Source of the DNA: Minisyncoccota bacterium
GTDB taxonomy: Bacteria > Patescibacteriota > Minisyncoccia > UBA6257 > 2-01-FULL-56-20
Reading direction: 5' to 3'
DNA length: 64,000 nucleotides
NCBI GenBank assembly: GCA_022843285.1
Contig: JALHNY010000001.1
Location: 15,128-79,127 of the forward strand
Part shown: one piece after another, positions 63,447-64,000 of the stretch
Position numbering within the stretch: position 1 is the stretch's first letter
How the letters are laid out: each line of letters starts with the position of its first letter
Notes under the pieces: generated by a model
Database searches by the model: none
Told to the model about the DNA's origin: nothing
What the model saw: the letters and a program-made list of their open reading frames with translations, nothing else
Translations under genes and position numbers: made by a program

Positions 63447-64000
63447 ATGACTCCAATATCCAAGACAACCTTTCTGTCTTTCCTCGAATGCCCTCGAAAT
63501 GTGTGGCTACAGCTTCATCGTCCTGATGAGGTTGGGAAGTGTGTGCCTTCAGACTTCGAACTCCATCTGATGGAACAGGGCAATGAAGTAGAAGCCGAGG
63601 CTCGAAAGCTTTTCCCCGGTGCCGTACAGATAACTTCTACTGGAGACGACGCGATTGAAGATACGAGACGTCTGATGGCGGCAAAAAGTCCCACGATCTT
63701 CCAAGCCACCTTTCTCGTAGATGGGTTTATCGCAAAAAACGACATGCTTTCGTACGACGTGGAGCATGATTGCTGGAATCTCTACGAAGTAAAGGGTACC
63801 AACTCTGTAAAGGAGGACGGTGCAGGCAATCGTGACCATATAGACGATCTTGCTTTCCAGCTAAGAGTACTCCGGCGTGATGGCGTGAAAGTCGGCAAGT
63901 GTTTTCTCGTACACCTGAATAAAGAGTACATACGCAACGGCGATCTTGACCTCAATGCGTTGTTTGAAATGGAGGATGTAACCGAGAAAATAGAGGCACG
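63447..64000 (+). CDS. DUF2779-like PD-(D/E)xK family nuclease, 3'-truncated by window end
   Basis: N-terminal SK(T)TFLSFLECPRNVWLQLHRPDE matches the DUF2779 signature (S-K-S-x-F..G..C-P-[KR]..W), with a downstream YEVKG (E-x-K) motif. The ATG lies 3 nt after the SNF2 stop. Confidence 0.55.
   Translation, partial: MTPISKTTFLSFLECPRNVWLQLHRPDEVGKCVPSDFELHLMEQGNEVEAEARKLFPGAVQITSTGDDAIEDTRRLMAAKSPTIFQATFLVDGFIAKNDMLSYDVEHDCWNLYEVKGTNSVKEDGAGNRDHIDDLAFQLRVLRRDGVKVGKCFLVHLNKEYIRNGDLDLNALFEMEDVTEKIEA

Overview
This is a high-GC (about 65%), very compact bacterial chromosomal segment made up almost entirely of conserved housekeeping genes. Start/stop overlaps are frequent. Near-palindromic bidirectional hairpin terminators sit between convergent genes. 

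Recognisable genes in window order are a fused rpoB–rpoC open reading frame (5'-partial), rpsF-ssb-rplK, gatB, miaA, thrS, serS, an FtsQ-like protein, RNase P RNA (rnpB), mgtC-like, an archaeal-type short aspS, ndk, a Nudix hydrolase, and a domain-1-less RF1-like release factor. Next come CheY-like receivers, a divergent PurD-like ATP-grasp protein, a DMT transporter, two sensor kinases, an M16 peptidase, rpmE, a stand-alone 16S rRNA with no 23S/5S following, rplS, tRNA-Leu(GAG), mscS, rnhB, rpmF, nusB, rnc and a short hinge-less SMC-like ATPase. These are followed by rpsP, khpA, radC, an AI-2E transporter, a glutaredoxin, ychF, a threonine-aldolase-like protein, a lysine-rich H1-like protein, hpf-secA, thpR, an OmpR-type regulator, recR-dnaB-cysS-corA, and a CIRCE-controlled hrcA-grpE-dnaK-(membrane protein)-dnaJ heat-shock operon. 

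Several proteins are shortened: ThrRS, RF1, SMC, HrcA, RNase P RNA and AspRS. A 16S primer-site variant and expansion segments are also present. Together these suggest a reduced-genome lineage, possibly Candidate Phyla Radiation-like, but that is inference. 

The most unusual region is a low-GC (about 46–50%) island after dnaJ, from 58.5 kb to the window end. It encodes an alpha/beta hydrolase with a Cys-rich tail, a 1,245-aa SNF2-family helicase whose C-terminal roughly 240 residues are about ten tandem 15-aa repeats, and a DUF2779-type PD-(D/E)xK nuclease truncated by the window edge. This looks like a horizontally acquired helicase–nuclease module and may be a defence system. 

Other low-GC patches (6.76–7.27 kb, 47.99–48.35 kb, 52.64–53.36 kb) carry orphan hypothetical genes. 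Two promoter-plus-terminator noncoding regions (41.93–42.28 kb and 52.69–52.90 kb) are candidate small RNAs. All coordinates derived by hand may be off by ±1–3 nt.
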